Positions 12,671 through 26,559 of a stretch of 64,000 nucleotides of DNA are shown one piece after another; within the stretch, counting starts at the first letter, position 1; the number at the start of each line of letters is the position of its first letter. The stretch comes from Mobula hypostoma (taxonomy: Eukaryota). The notes under the pieces are model-generated. The model did no database searches and was not told the origin of the DNA. It saw only the letters and a list, made by a program, of their open reading frames with translations. The position numbers and the translations under genes are program-made. The DNA lies in assembly GCF_963921235.1 (NCBI RefSeq), contig NC_086097.1:196604001-196668000 (forward strand), written 5' to 3'.

Positions 12671-13993
12671 TAGATAAGAGGCTAAAAATTGCTCACAATA
12701 CTCCGAGTGTGGTCTGAGCAATGCTTTATACAGCTTCAGCATCACATCCTTGCTTTTGTATTCTAGTCCTCTCCAAATGAATGCTAACATTGCATTTGCC
12801 TTCCTTACCACTGACTCAATCTGCAAGTTAACCTATATGGAATCCTGCACAAGGACCCTCTGATTTTTGAGTTTTCACCCCGTTTAGAAAATAGTCAATG
12901 CCTTTATTCCTTCTACCAAACTTCATGACCATACACTTCCCTGCACTGTATTTCTTCTGCCACTTATTTGCCCATTCTCACAATCTGTCAAAGTACTTCT
13001 GCAGATTCCCTGCTTCAGCAGCACTACCTGCCCTCCACTTATCTTTGTATTGTTTGCAAACTTGGCCTAAAAGTCATCAATTCTGTCATTGAAATCGTTG
13101 ACATATAACGTGAATTCAAAGTCCCAATATCAACCCCTACGGAATACCACTTGTCACTGGCAGCTAACAGAATAAGCCCTCCTTATTCTAAATCTTTACC
13201 TCCTCCCAATCAACCAATCTTCTATCCATGCTAGTATCTTTCCCATTATACCACGGGCTCTTATTTTGTTAAGCAGCCTCATTTGCAGCAACTTGTCAAA
13301 GGCCTTATGAAAATCTAAGTAAACAGCATCCACTGACTCTCCTTTGTCTTTCCAACGGATTTGTCAGGCAAGCTTCCTCCTTAATAAAACCATGCTGACT
13401 TTGGCCTACTTAATCATCTGCCTCCAAGTACCCCAAAACCTCATCCTCAGTAAGAGAATCCAACATCTTCCCAACTACTGAAGTCAGGCTATCCAGCTTA
13501 TAATTTCTTTGCTTCTGCATCCCGTAAAGAAGGGAGTAACATTTACAATTTTCCAGTCCTCCAAAACCATTCCAGAATTTAGTGACTCTTGAAAGATCAT
13601 TAATAATGCCTCCACAGTCTCTTCAGCTACCACTTTCAGAACTCAGGAGTGTAGTCCATCTGGTCCACGTGACTTATCTACATTCAGGTTCCAAACACCT
13701 CTCCTTAGTAATAGCAACTTCTGCCCCCTGACGCTCCCTGGCATACTGCTAGTGTCTTCCACAATGATTAATTAAGTTTGTCCGCCATTTCTTGGTCCCC
13801 ATTACTAACTCTCCGGCATTATTGTCCAGCAGCCAAAATCTACACTAACCTCTCTTCTACTCTTACTATATCTGAAAAAACTTTTGGTATCCTCCTTGAT
13901 ATTTTTGGCCAACTTTCCTTCGTATTTCATCTTTTCTTTCCTTATGACTTTTTTTTAGTTGCCTTCTTCAGGGTTTTTAAAAGCTTTCCAATC

Positions 13994-14419
13994 AAGGATG
14001 CTGCCAGGACTTGAGAAACTGAGTTACAGAGAAAGGTTGATTAGGTTAGGACATTATTCCCTGAAGTGTAGAAGAATGAGTGGAGATTTGATAGAGGTAT
14101 ATAAATTATGATGGGTATAGATTTTTCCACTGAGGCCAGGGGAGAAAAAAACCAGAGGACATGGGTTAAGGGTGAAAGGGGAAAAGTCTAAAGGGGACAT
14201 TACAGAGAGTGGTGGGAGTGTGGAATGAGCTGCCAGATGAAGTGGTAAATGCGGGCTCACTGTTAACATTTAAGAAAAACTTGGACAGGGTGAGAGGTGT
14301 ATGGAGGGATATGGTCCAGGTGCAGGTCAGTGGGACTAGGCAGAAAAATGGTACGAAAAGCCAAGAAGGGCCAAAAGGCCTGTTTCTGTGCTGTAATGTT
14401 CTATGGTTCTATGGTTCTA
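13994..14419 (+). mobile_element. CR1 3' end nested in opposite orientation inside the older CR1
   Basis: RMLPGL, RVVGVWNELPDEVV; tail ttctatggttctatggttcta; host CR1 sequence resumes after 14419. Confidence 0.85.
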
Positions 14420-15496
14420 ATTTCCCACTAATTTTACCTATATCATATGCCCTCTCTTTTGCTTTTATACTGTCTTTAACTTCCCTTGGTAACAACAGTT
14501 GCCTCATCCTCCCTTTATAATAATTCCAATCAACTCTCACCAGCTCCTATCCTATAATTGTAATCCTGTAATTCCCTTTACTCCACTGCAATACCGACTT
14601 TATCTTCTCCCTCTCAAACTATAGGATGGCTGCCTCCCAAGACTTTCCTTACCTTAAGATCCCTAATCAAATCTACATCATTACATAACACCCAATCCAG
14701 AATTTCCTTTCCCTTAGTGGGCTTAACCACAAGCTGCTCTAAAAAGCCATCTCGTAGGCATTCTACAAATTCCCTCTCTTTGGATCCAGCAACAACATGA
14801 CTTTCCCAATCCACCTGCATATTGAAATCCCCCTATCGTAATATTGCCATTTCTATTTCCCGTTGAAATTTATATTCCAGATCCTGGCTACGTCTCAATG
14901 TGTGCTATGTCTCCTGTATTTTTTCTTTGAGTTCGAAAAAATGAGTTGTAATCACATGCACAATCTGACAGATATCGAGGGCGATTACTCTGGTATACAA
15001 AGACTAACGTAATCTTCAGAAAATTTAAACTAACTTCAGCAGAAGGTACAAGAACAAAAATACCTTTGCCCAGTTGTAAATTGTAATGCCCCATGAAACA
15101 AATTATTTAGGCTAGTGTAGTGGAACAGTTCCCTCAGCCCTCCAGAAAACTGGATTTGATCCTGGCCTTGGATGCAGTCTTTGTGTAATCTGCTCATTCT
15201 TCCTGTGACTGAAGACTTCCACCAGCTACTCCAGTTTCTTAACAATAATGTGATGGTCGAAAGGTTAGATTGCTACTGTGAATTGCCTCTGCTGTAGATG
15301 GAAGTGTGGGAATAAAAGAAGAAAAGGAGGAAGGGAGGAAATTAATGGGAGTGTGAGAGAAAAAGATGGGACCTTTGCAGATTGATGTTTGATGGTTGGT
15401 AATAGGCCTAAGGGCCCACTTCCATACTTCCACTTGAATTCAATAACGAGGATAATATAGCAATCAATAAACCAAGACAAATGATGTCAAAGCATA

Positions 15497-15655
15497 CATT
15501 CAGTGACCTCTTTTATTAGGTACACCTGCTTATTAATGCAACTATCTAATCAGTTAATCGCATGGCAGCAACTCAATGCATTAAAGCATGCAGACATAAT
15601 CAGGAGGGCAAGAGGCTTAGTTGTTGTTCAGACCAAACATCAGAACGGGGAAGAA
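15497..15655 (+). mobile_element. Tc1-like transposon left-end fragment
   Basis: TA followed by cattcagtgacctcttttattaggtacacc, resembling a common fish Tc1 terminus (recalled, not searched); truncated near the presumed transposase start. Confidence 0.55.
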
Positions 15656-15659
15656 ACTG

Positions 15660-16312
15660 CTCAAATTTCAAGTTCAAAGTACATTAATTATCAAAGTATG
15701 TATACCATGAGATTTGTCTTCTTGCAGCCAGCCACAGAACAAAGAAAAACCCCACACAACAAAGATCGTCAAACATCCAATGTGCAAAAAAAAAACAAAT
15801 CATGCAAACAACGAAAAATTAAACAGGTAATACACAGAACATGAATAACAGTCACTAATCCAAATTTCTGCTGCAATCAGTCCAGGAGCCCGATGGCAAC
15901 AGGCCACAGCTGCAGTCAGTTCAGCACTGAGGTGAGTGCAGCCTCCCAGAGTAGTGAGCTGAACATCCATTCGTCCTTCGCCCTTGGCTTTGGCGCCTTT
16001 ATCTTTTCAATCTGGCTTAAGTTAACTAAACATCAGTTTGTTTCTCATTCTCAGGCCCGAAGTTTCAATCTGGCTTCAAGTCTGCTCCAGCAATGGCAGT
16101 CATCGGTGCACCTGCATTCGCAAGAGTCCAATTCACCATATCCTTCAGGATACTGCAAAAAATGCCAGGTTGTGCAGATGGTCCAAAAACACACTTCTCA
16201 AAGGCTGAGGATTGCAGAGGTCATAGTCCAGAAAAAGTAAAATTAATAGAATAGTTAGTAGTTTTGTTTGCTGCCCACAAAATGTCGCCGTGTCTTGCCA
16301 GCGCCATTTGGC
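15660..16312 (-). mobile_element. Non-coding retroposon-like repeat (AAATGGCG start, ttgaac-type tail)
   Basis: Minus strand starts ccaaatggcgctgg and ends tttgataattaatgtactttgaacttga; same architecture as 29312-30152 and 44595-46925. Confidence 0.45.
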
Positions 16313-17043
16313 CAGTAACGTGGAAAATATACAACAAAAATATATAGTCAAAGCAAAAAAGTTGAGAACAATGTTCAGAAGGAATGAGAAAGAAACCAAA
16401 GGAACAAGTAAGTCATAAACATATGTTTAATAAGGCCACTCATATCACACAAAATTTTTTGCTTCATTTTCTTTCAAACTTGAGATAAAATATAAAAGGT
16501 GAACGGTAAAAAAAGTATCAATCACTTTCTTTTAATAAGATTTGCCCAACTTCCAAGATATATTTTCTGACAGCGCACAATTCCGAATGAAGGTGCGGTG
16601 AAGTGCAAGAGACATAATTTTTGAGTTTAATCATAATTGAATATTTGGGATGAACTCCAGCTGCTAACACATCTCACTAAGACTGCAGGAAAGAAGGTAG
16701 GATACTGTTACTGAATGTAAAAGTCTGCAACAACTGAATGGGCCAAGCATTGTCAGATTGATTTGGCAACATCCAGCAATTTATTTCTATAAAAATGTCA
16801 GAATACATTTAATTGACCAAAAGCGGGCATGCATGAGGAGGTGTGTACCACCATCAACAGGTGATTTGTACCCTGCCACAGTTTGATGGACATGAGCACG
16901 GAGTGTAAGATAAGAAACAAAATAAATGGGCACATGACGCAAGTTCATTTGTCAATATTCGTAAAATCCAAATATGTATGTGCCTTGGTAGTACACACAC
17001 TGTTGTTACAGATAGTAAGAAAAGCTTAACTCTTGCTCTATAA

Positions 17044-18035
17044 AAAGGATGGGCAACCTATGGCGCATTGGATGATTAGAAGCGGCGCATTGCACCCCAG
17101 TGCTAATAATAAAAAAGTAAGCCTACTCATGAGAAAAGTATTAACCAAAAACCGATTTGTAGAAAAAAAAGTATAACAGGAATTCAAGTAGCTTAGAGTT
17201 AGAAATGCGTTTTACTGAGAATAAATCTAAAACTTAGAAATTATTTTTAGCGATTTTATTATTTCGTGCACATCTTTTGGTGAATGTTATCTTCTTTCAC
17301 ATTAATCTGTTTTCAATTTTAAAAAATATTCAATGAGTCAAACTGGGAAAGAAGGACTTTTGTTCTGCAGTCGTTCCATAACTGTTCAATACACGTTTGA
17401 TACTTGTTTGATCCTGAGGCGCCAGGCGTCTGCACCAGCGGTGCGTCGCAGGTTTTTGCCAGTCAGTTTACAATTGACACGCATGCGCTACGGAGTTGTG
17501 CTTTGTTCGTCCTTTGTGAACATTTGCAGTTTTGTACTTTTTCAAAAATTAAACCTTGTTTTTACATTCAGTTACCCATCACAGTGCAAAAGAAAAGCAG
17601 GAAGTGATAGTAAGCGTGAATTCAATGAACAGTGGGTAGCGGGTCCATGAGAAAAACCGTTGTGCATGGTTTGTGAAAACACTTTCGCACACAATAGAAG
17701 ACATGTTCTTAATAGACACTATAAAACACAACATCAGACTGAAATAGAAGGAAAACTGAAACTAGTGCTTGGGTCTGAGTTAGGGAAAGAATATGTGATT
17801 AAGAAAAAAGAAGAAATCAAAAGAAGACAAAATATATTTGTTAAAAGAAGTCTCATTCAGGTAAGTAATGTTTATCTTGTTTTTATATTAAATCAATACA
17901 TCTTGTAAAATGATAAATATGTCTATATTAACATATTTTTACAAGAATTGAATGGGGGTACAAGAGTTGTATGGCGCATCTGAACTCGTGCATGAAAAAA
18001 TTGATGCATGGAATTTAAAAGGTTGGCCACCCCTG
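17044..18035 (+). mobile_element. Non-autonomous hAT (Charlie/SPIN-like) element with a BED-finger remnant
   Basis: 8-bp TSD ctctataa (17036-17043) / ctctatac (18036-18043); 16-bp TIRs match 12/16 (right TIR reverse complement caggggtggccaacct); peptides KREFNEQW and PLCMVC...LNRHYKTQH. Confidence 0.85.
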
Positions 18036-18310
18036 CTCTATACAATCAGCCACTGTACTTGTAAGGTGAAAGCTGCAAATCATAGCCGCCTTCCAATTAT
18101 TTTTTTAAACCAGATTTCTGGAAACAGATCAATATGGAAATAATCTCTGGTAATTGGTTGTGCAGTAACCTAGTTTAGATATATTACGACACAACATTAT
18201 AGTTCATAACCATTGGCCCTGATCATTAAATTTTGAGGTAGAGTTGGAGATTCAGATTCATCCACTTTAAGTCCAAGACAGACATACAAACATAGAAAAT
18301 AGAAAATAGG

Positions 18311-20825
18311 TTAGTTGGGCATTCCTATACAGAGTGTTAGGAAGATTCGGCTTTCAAGAAAGGTTTATTAAAGTAATTCAGACTCTGTATGACAGCCCAG
18401 CAGCCCGAATTAAGATAAATGGGGACCTCTCTGACTCCTTCATTTTAGAGAGAGGCACTAGACAGGGATGCCCAATTTCTCCTCTCCTTTTTGCGCAATA
18501 TATTGAACCACTTGCCCAACTAATAAGACAGAGCAAAATCGTAAAAGGTATCAAGGTGGCAGGGATTGAACAGAAAGTGGCGTTATTCGCAGGTGATGTT
18601 TTGGTCTATCTGAGTGAACCAGAAAAATCATTTATAGGATTGTTTACACTGTTGGATGACTTTGGGAAAATATCAGGTTATAAAATAAATGTAAAGAAAA
18701 CGCAGGTTATGTCCCTAAATTATACACCATCCAAAAAATTGCAGGATACATACGATCTAAAGTGGGAAGCTAAATCATTAAAATATTTAGGAATAACCCT
18801 GCCGAAGGATCTTTCAACACTGTCACAGGTAAATTATGGGCCATTAATCTCAGAGATAAAAGCAGATATGCATAGATGGAATCTTATCCCCTTTTTAAGT
18901 TTAAATTCAAGGATAAATACTATAAAAATGAATATTCTTCCTCGGTTATTATATCTTTTCCGTACTTTACCAGTGGAGGTGGATGATAATCAATTCAGGG
19001 AATGGGACAAATGGATTTCCCGCTTCATTTGGCAAGGAAGGAAACCTAGAATTCGATATAACACCTTACAGTTAGGGAAGGAAAGAGGAGGTATGGTTCT
19101 TCCTTGCCTGAGAAATTATTTTTATGCCTCACAGATAACCCCTCTGTTATATTGGTGTAATAGGGAATATAAGGCTAGATGGAAGGAAATAGAATTTGGA
19201 TTAGTTGACAGTTTTCCTCTTCAGGCCTCAATAGCTGACAAAGGATTGATGGCCCAGTTGGAAAAATCTAATAATGCTTGGATAAATCTTACATTAAAAG
19301 TATGGCAGAAGGTGGTTAATTCATGTGGAATTAATAACATGCTAAAACTCTTTAGATGGTGTGCATATGATACCGAATTCCTTCCCAACAGAGGAGATAA
19401 AAGATTTGAGCTATGGATAAAGAAAGGTCTTACAACCTACCTCTCATTTATAGATAAAAGAGTATTACAAAGTTTCCAAATCCTGCAGGACAAACATGGC
19501 CTAGAACATAATGACTTTTTTAGGTACCTTCAAATACGAAACTATGTTAACCAGAGTTGTAGATATACAGACCTATCAACAGTAGAATTAGAATTTTTCA
19601 AGATTCTGAATTCGGCTTGCAGTTCAATACCTAGTAAATCAGTTTCTCGCCTATATAATGCACTCTCCCATGCTAAAAATGTAAATACACTGTATATTAA
19701 AGAGAAGTGGGAGAAAGAAGCGGGGTTGGTACTTTCAGAGGAGGCTTGGGGGAAAATCTGCAGCTTTCAATGGTCCTCGACTTATTCTTTGACTTGGAGA
19801 GAACATTGTTGGAAAAACATTATAAGATACTTCAAGACCCCATATCAGGAAAAATATAAAGATACAAATGTGATGTGTTGGAGAAGGTGCGGCTCCAAGG
19901 AGGCAAATCATTTTCATATTTTCTGGGATTGCCCTAAATTAAGTCTATTTTGGGAAGGTATTCATAGAACATTAGTTAAGGTACTTAGGTCCCAGATACC
20001 TCTGAACTTTGAGACGCTCTATTTGGGGCATGTATTGTTCCTTGAACAGAAGGAAGATATAAAGTTGCTGCAGGCCCTCTTAGCGGCAAGTAAGAAATCA
20101 ATCACTAGAAAATGGCTAAATCCAATACCACCTACATTAGAAGATTGGTACGAAATTATCTTGGAAATATTTAAAATGGAAAAGTTGACCTACTCCCTGA
20201 GAACTCAAAAAGAAACATTTTATCAAATCTGGAATAAATGGATTGAATATATAACCCCAATGCGAGCAGACTTTAGATGACTCTCCTAATGATTTATATT
20301 GCTCTTCTCATCAACACAGTAATATTGCTAACGTAAGCACCCCTAGTCTAAATGTTTGTTGTTTTTTTTTGGAAAATAGAGAATTAACACAAGTAAAGGG
20401 AAAGATTTGGGAAAGGGATAAAAAAAATGAAAAAATTAAGTAAATAAGTACATAGGGATTGGATAATTATGTCTGCGGGCAGGAACAAGCACGAACAAAT
20501 TGGGATATAAACACCTACAATGGTTGGTATATAGGCTTGTATGCAACATTTTGGACCAGTGGAAATGGTCCAGAAGGGTTGTATGGAAACTATTATTACC
20601 ATTTTTCTTAACAACTAATTTCATTACTTAGCCTAATAGGTTAGATTTAGCACAGAACATAATTATCTATTTAAATGTTTATTTTGCTTTTATATCATCT
20701 CAATGTGTACTTAAGAATGTATTTGTAGTTTTATACATATAAAAAAATGGAAAAGGTTATATGTGTGAAAAAAGTACATGATAATTGTGAACTCCTTATC
20801 CAAATAAAAATAAAATTAAAAAAAA
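18311..20825 (+). mobile_element. L1-clade LINE, 5'-truncated, with 3' UTR and poly(A)
   Basis: 17-bp TSD agaaaatagaaaatagg (18294-18310 and 20826-20842); AATAAA near 20803 followed by an A-rich tail. Confidence 0.95.
18334..20280 (+). CDS. L1 ORF2 C-terminal part (RT C-half plus Cys-rich zf-RVT), catalytic motif altered to FAGD
   Basis: 648-aa stop-free [44 protein letters not shown]. Confidence 0.9.
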   Translation: MLGRFGFQERFIKVIQTLYDSPAARIKINGDLSDSFILERGTRQGCPISPLLFAQYIEPLAQLIRQSKIVKGIKVAGIEQKVALFAGDVLVYLSEPEKSFIGLFTLLDDFGKISGYKINVKKTQVMSLNYTPSKKLQDTYDLKWEAKSLKYLGITLPKDLSTLSQVNYGPLISEIKADMHRWNLIPFLSLNSRINTIKMNILPRLLYLFRTLPVEVDDNQFREWDKWISRFIWQGRKPRIRYNTLQLGKERGGMVLPCLRNYFYASQITPLLYWCNREYKARWKEIEFGLVDSFPLQASIADKGLMAQLEKSNNAWINLTLKVWQKVVNSCGINNMLKLFRWCAYDTEFLPNRGDKRFELWIKKGLTTYLSFIDKRVLQSFQILQDKHGLEHNDFFRYLQIRNYVNQSCRYTDLSTVELEFFKILNSACSSIPSKSVSRLYNALSHAKNVNTLYIKEKWEKEAGLVLSEEAWGKICSFQWSSTYSLTWREHCWKNIIRYFKTPYQEKYKDTNVMCWRRCGSKEANHFHIFWDCPKLSLFWEGIHRTLVKVLRSQIPLNFETLYLGHVLFLEQKEDIKLLQALLAASKKSITRKWLNPIPPTLEDWYEIILEIFKMEKLTYSLRTQKETFYQIWNKWIEYITPMRADFR

Positions 20826-20893
20826 AGAAAATAGAAAATAGGTGCAGGAGTTGGCCATTCGGCCCTTCGAGCTTGCACCGCCATTCAGTATGA

Positions 20894-23813
20894 TTATGGC
20901 TGATCATCCAATTCAGAACCCTGTACCTGCCTTCTGTCCATATCCCCAATCCCTTTAGCCACAAGGGCCATATCTAACTCCCTCTCAAATATAGCCAATG
21001 AACTGGCCTCAACTGTTTCCTGTGGCAGAGAATTCCACAGATTCACCACTCTCTGTGTGAAGAAGTTTTTCCTCATCTCGGTTCTGAAAGGCTTCCACTT
21101 TATCCTTAAATTGTGACCCCTTGTTCTGGACTTCCCCAACATCGGGAACAATCTTCCCGCATCTAGCCTGTCCAATCCCTTTAGGATCTTATACGTTTCA
21201 ATCAGATCCCCCCTCAATCTTCTAAATTCCAACGAGTACAAGCCCAGTTCATCCAGTCTTTCTTCATATGAAAGACCTGCCATCCCAGGAATCAATCTGG
21301 TGAACCTTCTTTGTACTCCCTCTATGACAAGAATGTCTTTCCTCAAATTAGGGGACCAAAACTGCACACAATACACCAGGTGTGGTCTCACCAAGGCCTT
21401 GTACAACTGCAGTAGTACCTCCCTGCTCCTGTACTCGAATCCTCTTGCTATGAATGCCAGCATACCATTCGCCTTTTTCACCGCCTGCTGTACCTGCATG
21501 CTCACTTTCAATGACTGGTGTACAATGACACCCAGGTCTCGTTGCACCTCCCCTTTTCCTAATCGGCCACCATTCAGATAATAACCTGTTCTTGCCACCA
21601 AAGTGGATAACCCCACATTTATCCACATTAAATTGCATCTGCCATGAATCTGCCCACTCACCTAACCTATCCAAGTCACTCTGCATCCTCTTAGCATCCT
21701 CCTTACAGCTAACACTGCCGCCCAGCTTCGTGTCATCCGCAAACTTGGAGATGTTGCATTTAATTCCCTTGTCTAAGTCATTAATATATATTGTAAACAA
21801 CTGGGGTCCCAGCACTGAGCCTTGCGGTACTCCACTAGTCACTGCCTGCCACTCTGAAAAGGTCCTGTTTATTCCCACTCTTTGCCTCCTGTCTGCCAAC
21901 CAATTCTCTATCCACATCAATACCATACCCCCAATACCGTATGCTTTAAGTTTGCACACTAATCTCCTGTGTGGGACCTTGTCAAAAGCCTTTTGAAAAT
22001 CCAAATACACTACATCCACCGGTTCTCCCCTATCCACTCTACTAGTTACATCCTCAAAAAATTCTATGAGATTCATCAGACATGATTTTCCTTTCACAAA
22101 TCCATGCTGACTTTGTCCAATGATTTCACTGCTTTCCAAATGTGCTGTTATCACATCTTCGATAATTGACTCCAGCATTTTCCCCACCACCGATGTCAGA
22201 CTTACCAGTCAATAATTCCCCGGTTTCTCTCTCCCTCCTTTTTTAAAAAGTGGTGTTACATTAGCCACCCTCCAATCCTCAGGAATCTATCCAGAATCTG
22301 AAGAGTTTTGAAAAATTATCACGAATGCATCCACTATTTCTTGGGCTACTTCCTTAAACACTCTAGGATGCAGACCATCTGGCCCTGGGTATTTATCTGC
22401 CTTTAATCCCTTCAATTTACCTAACACCACTTCCCTACTAACATGTATTTCCTTCTGTTCCTCCATCTCACTAGTCCCTCGGTCCCCTACTATTTCCGGA
22501 AGATTATTTATGTCCTCCTTAGTGAAGACAGAACCAAAGTAGTTATTCAATTGGTCTGCCATGTCCTTGTTCCCCTTAATCAATTCACCTGTTTCTGACT
22601 GTAAGGGACCTACATTTATCTCAACCAAGCTTTTTCTTTTCACATATCTATAAAAGCTTTTACAGTCAGTTTTTATGTTCCCTGCCAGCTTTCTCTCATA
22701 ATCTTTTTTTCCTTTCCTAGTTAAGCCCTTTGTCCTCCTCTGCTGGACTCTGAATTTCTCCCAGTCCTCAGGTGTGCCACTTTTTCTGGCTAATTTGTAT
22801 GTTTCTTCTTTGGAATTGATACTATCCCTAACTTCCCTTGTCAGCCATGGGTGCACTACCTTCCCTGGTTTATTCTTTTGCCAAACTGAGATGAATAATT
22901 GTTGTAGTTCATCCATGCGATCTTTAAACGCTTGCCATTGCATATCCACCGTCAACCCTTTAAGTATCATTTGCCAGTCTATCTTAGCTAATTCATGTCT
23001 CATACCTTCAAAGTTACCCTTCTTTAAGTTCAGAACCTTTGTTACTGAATTAACTATATCACTCTCCATCTTAATGAAGAATTCCACCATATTATGGTCA
23101 CTCTTACCCAAGGGGCCTCGCACGACAAGATTGCTAACTAACCCTTCCTCATTGCTCAATACCCAGCCTAGAATGGCCTGCTCTCTAGTTGGTTCCTCGA
23201 CGTGTTGGTTCAGAAAACTATCCCGCATACATTCCAAGAAATCCTCTTCCTCAGCACCTTTACCAACTTGGTTCACCCAATCTACATGTAGATTGAAGTC
23301 ACCCGTTATAACTGCTGTTCCTTTATTGCACGCATTTCTAATTTCCTGCTTAATGCCATCCCCAACCTCACTACTACTGTTAGGTGGCCTGTACATAACT
23401 CCCACCAGCGTTTTCTGCCCCTTAGTGTTATGCAGCTCTACCCATATCGATTCCACATCCTCCCTGCTAATGTCCTTCCTTTCTATTGCGTTAATCTCCC
23501 CTCTAACCAGCAATTCCACCCCACCTCCTTTTCTTTCATGTCTATCCCTCCTGACTATTGAATATCCCTGAATGTTGAGCTCCCATCCTTGGTCTCCCTG
23601 GAGCCATGTCTCTGTGATCCCAACTATATCATATTCATTAATAACTATCTGCACATTCAATTCATCCACCTTGTTACGAATGCTCCTTGCATTGACACAC
23701 AAAGCCTTCAGGCTTGCTTTTACAACACTCTTAGCCCTTATACAATTAAGTTGAAAAGTAGCCCTGTTTGATTTTTGCCCTGGATTTTCCGGCCTGCCAC
23801 TTTTACTTTTCAC
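20894..23813 (-). pseudogene. CR1 ORF2 (APE endonuclease plus RT), frameshifted into three ORFs
   Basis: NARSIRNK, ITETW, YRPP, GDFN, SDH (APE); PGPDG, SQHGF, YLDFQKAFDKVPH, GVPQGSVLGP, KFADD (RT). Confidence 0.93.
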
Positions 23814-23887
23814 CTTACTACTTTTTGCTTCTACCCTTATTTTATACCCCTCTGTCTCTCTGCACTTGTTCCCACCCCCCTACCACA

Positions 23888-24576
23888 TTAGTTTAAATCC
23901 TCCTGAACAACAGTAGCAAATACTCCCCCTAGGACATTGGTTCCAGTCCAGCCCAGGTGCAGACTGTCCTGTTTGTACTGGTCCCACCTCCTCCAGAACT
24001 GGTTCCAATGCCCCAGAAATTTGAATCCCTCCCCCTTGCACCATTTTTCAAGCCATGTATTCATCTGAAATATCCTCCTATTTCTACTCTGACTGGCACG
24101 TGGCACTGGTAGTAATCCAGAGATTATTACCTTTGTGGTCCTACTTTTTAGTTTATCTCCTAACTCCCTAAATTCACTTTGTCGGACCTCATCCCGTTTT
24201 TTACCTATATCATTGGTACCTATGTGCACCACGACCACTGGCTGTTCACCCTCCCACTCCAGAATGTCCTGTCAGAGACATCTTTGACCCTTGCACCAGG
24301 GAGGCAACATACCCTCCAGGAGTCTCGTTTGTGGCCGCAGAAACGCCTATCTATTCCCCTTACAATCGAATCTCCTATCACTATAGCTCTCCCACTCCTT
24401 TTCCTTCCCTCCTGTGCCGCAGAGCCACCCATGGTGCCATGAACTCGGCTGCTGCTGCCTTTCCCTGATGAGATATCTCCCCCAATAGTATCCAAAACAG
24501 TATATCTGTTTAGGAGGGAGATGACCTCAGGGGACTCCTGCACTACCTGCCTACTGCTACGCTGTTTAGTGGCCAC
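23888..24576 (-). pseudogene. CR1 ORF1, SGNH/GDSL esterase-like domain, frameshifted and 5'-truncated
   Basis: IVIGDSIVR (block I), CLPGARV (block II), VHIGTND (block III), DSLHL (block V). Confidence 0.9.
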
Positions 24577-24592
24577 CCACTATTCAGACATA

Positions 24593-24805
24593 TCAGAATA
24601 TTTTCTAAATATTTAAAAATAGGACTGAAAAGCAGAAAGACTTAGGTGTCCATGAAAACAATTCAGGACAAGCTAGCACACAATACAAAAGTAATCAAAA
24701 AGCATTGTAGAATAATGGTCTTTATCTCAACTAGGCTGGAAAACAAAAGGGAGGAAGTGAAGCCCTAGTTATATGGGTGGGGCCTTGGTCAACCACATAT
24801 GGAGC
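24593..24805 (+). mobile_element. Ancient CR1 fragment that hosts the 18287-24584 insertion (other half at about 18255-18286)
   Basis: Removing the insert and one TSD copy gives in-frame IHFKSKTDISEYFLN, followed by QKDLGV and ALV.PH.E relics. Confidence 0.65.
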
Positions 24806-26559
24806 TCTCATTCATATCAAAGCTATGCTACTTAAGTGAGCTATTAAAGGCTCTAAACTCCTATATTCTGGTTAGTTCTTCACCCATTTTTATAAAATTA
24901 AGTGCTTTCATAGAACATCATATTTCTGTATCTAGTACATTTCAAGAGCACAAGCTCATTTACTTACCACACAGAGTACATTGTATGCAATGGAGAACTG
25001 GGGCGGGGGGGGGGGTGGTGGCATTACACTGTATTCTTCACTCAATGTCCTTTGTTGCCCTTATATCATTATCCATGGTCCAAAACATGCCCAAAATCTT
25101 ACTTTCCCTAATACTCAGTTCTTATCAGCCTTTATTGTTACTTACTAATTACTTTCCAGATGCCTAATTTCATTGCAATCCTCCCATCCAATCCACAATC
25201 AGTCTACAGCTATTCTGCAAATATGATCTGGAATGTACTCTCCCAATGTCTGTTTGACACTATTTTCATTACTAGTTAACATTGTCAGGTTATATTCTTT
25301 TTTTATTAAGTATATTGAGATAATTTGATTTGCAACAACTTTCAGTTATACAATACTTTTAAAATCATTATACAAGTGTAAATTGTCGTTACATACATGG
25401 CAAAAGATTATTTTTGACCACATTGCTGATTCACTCTTTCTTGATGGCGAATACAGCAAATTCAAGTAATTTTAGCACATATTTTTCCAATCACTAATAT
25501 AAAGGCTCATGTAGCATCAATATAAACTTGTAATACAAATGTACCTATGCAACCAATTAATATATAAGACAATTACTTCAAAAATTTTGCATGCAATGTG
25601 TAACAAATTAAATCAACAACTTGGAAATCCCAGTCAAAGGAAACAATGCCAACAACAGAGAGATACATCATTTCAATCCTCAATCTGAGTTTTCCAATTT
25701 CATATTCTGCACAAATTTTATTTAATACCAAATGCATAGCTTAAGTAGAATGCTTGATTGGAAGAATTTTTAAATGGATAGAAGATTCAAAGTTATTATG
25801 TATTTCAGGTTCCTCTCTGACAGACCAAGGCAGAGTAGTAACATGTCCACCCTCATGCTTAATCAAGAGATCATAAAACAACAAAATTGTTTTCACCAAA
25901 AGTTTCCCACTAGTGATCACTGAAGTTCTGCTGCATTGATTGCACCTATCAAACTAGTCCAAATAAAATCAATGGAACTACATGGTTTAGCTCAAACATT
26001 TACATAACATACAATATACTTGACGTCGATTTTCATGCAGAGTAGAAAGTTTCCAAAAATATATATGAAATGCTGCAGAGTAACAACTCATTTGGCTCAA
26101 AACTGAAAGACATATTCCAAAGAAAACATTGCTGTTTTCAACCGAATAAAGTTTCATTGTCAGATAATCAAAACAATATTTCAGAAAACGACTAATTACA
26201 TTCTCGGCCCAAATGATCTGACTTACTGTGAGCAAACCATAGGAGTCTACCAATGAATAATAATCAGATAGTTTCAACTGGGACAAAAGGACAATTTCAT
26301 TTGTACCAAATTACTAAGTCTTAATTCCAATTATAGATAAGAATTAAAGACTCCATAATATCAAATATCCATTCAGTTAATTACATGGACAAAGCATGTA
26401 CTGCTATGCTAAGCAATTTATGAACAAGAGAGCTGAACTAATGTCTCTTCAGTGACAATACAGAAAAACTGCACAGATAATAAAATACTCTGTGGAACAT
26501 GAATTCTGCTGGGACCCTGGATAAACAGCCTACAGCGTGGAGCTGATGAGAGTTACATG

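Larger units (their letters stand above)
10975..14890 (-). mobile_element. CR1-clade LINE, degenerate ORF2, interrupted by a Tc1 element and by an opposite-strand CR1 3' end
   Basis: Continuous similarity to the CR1 at 20830-23300 on both sides of the inserts; 14614-14820 ORF gives EFVECLRDGFLEQLV..PT.G..ILDWVLCN (APE domain). Confidence 0.85.
18287..24584 (-). mobile_element. Near full-length CR1-clade LINE (ORF1 esterase plus ORF2), 3' tail split by an L1 insertion
   Basis: ORF1 and ORF2 motifs (see the two entries below); tail pieces at 18287-18310 and 20826-20842; TSD cagacata at 18279-18286 and 24585-24592. Confidence 0.92.

Noticed and set aside
22774..23571. 265-aa plus-strand ORF (and similar ORFs at 21592, 5757, 5867 and 45562)
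   Set aside because: Antisense shadows of TE coding sequence with no recognisable motifs.
23888..24576. Host or bacterial GDSL lipase gene
   Set aside because: It sits directly upstream of CR1 ORF2 within the TSDs, and esterase-type ORF1 is known for CR1 LINEs.
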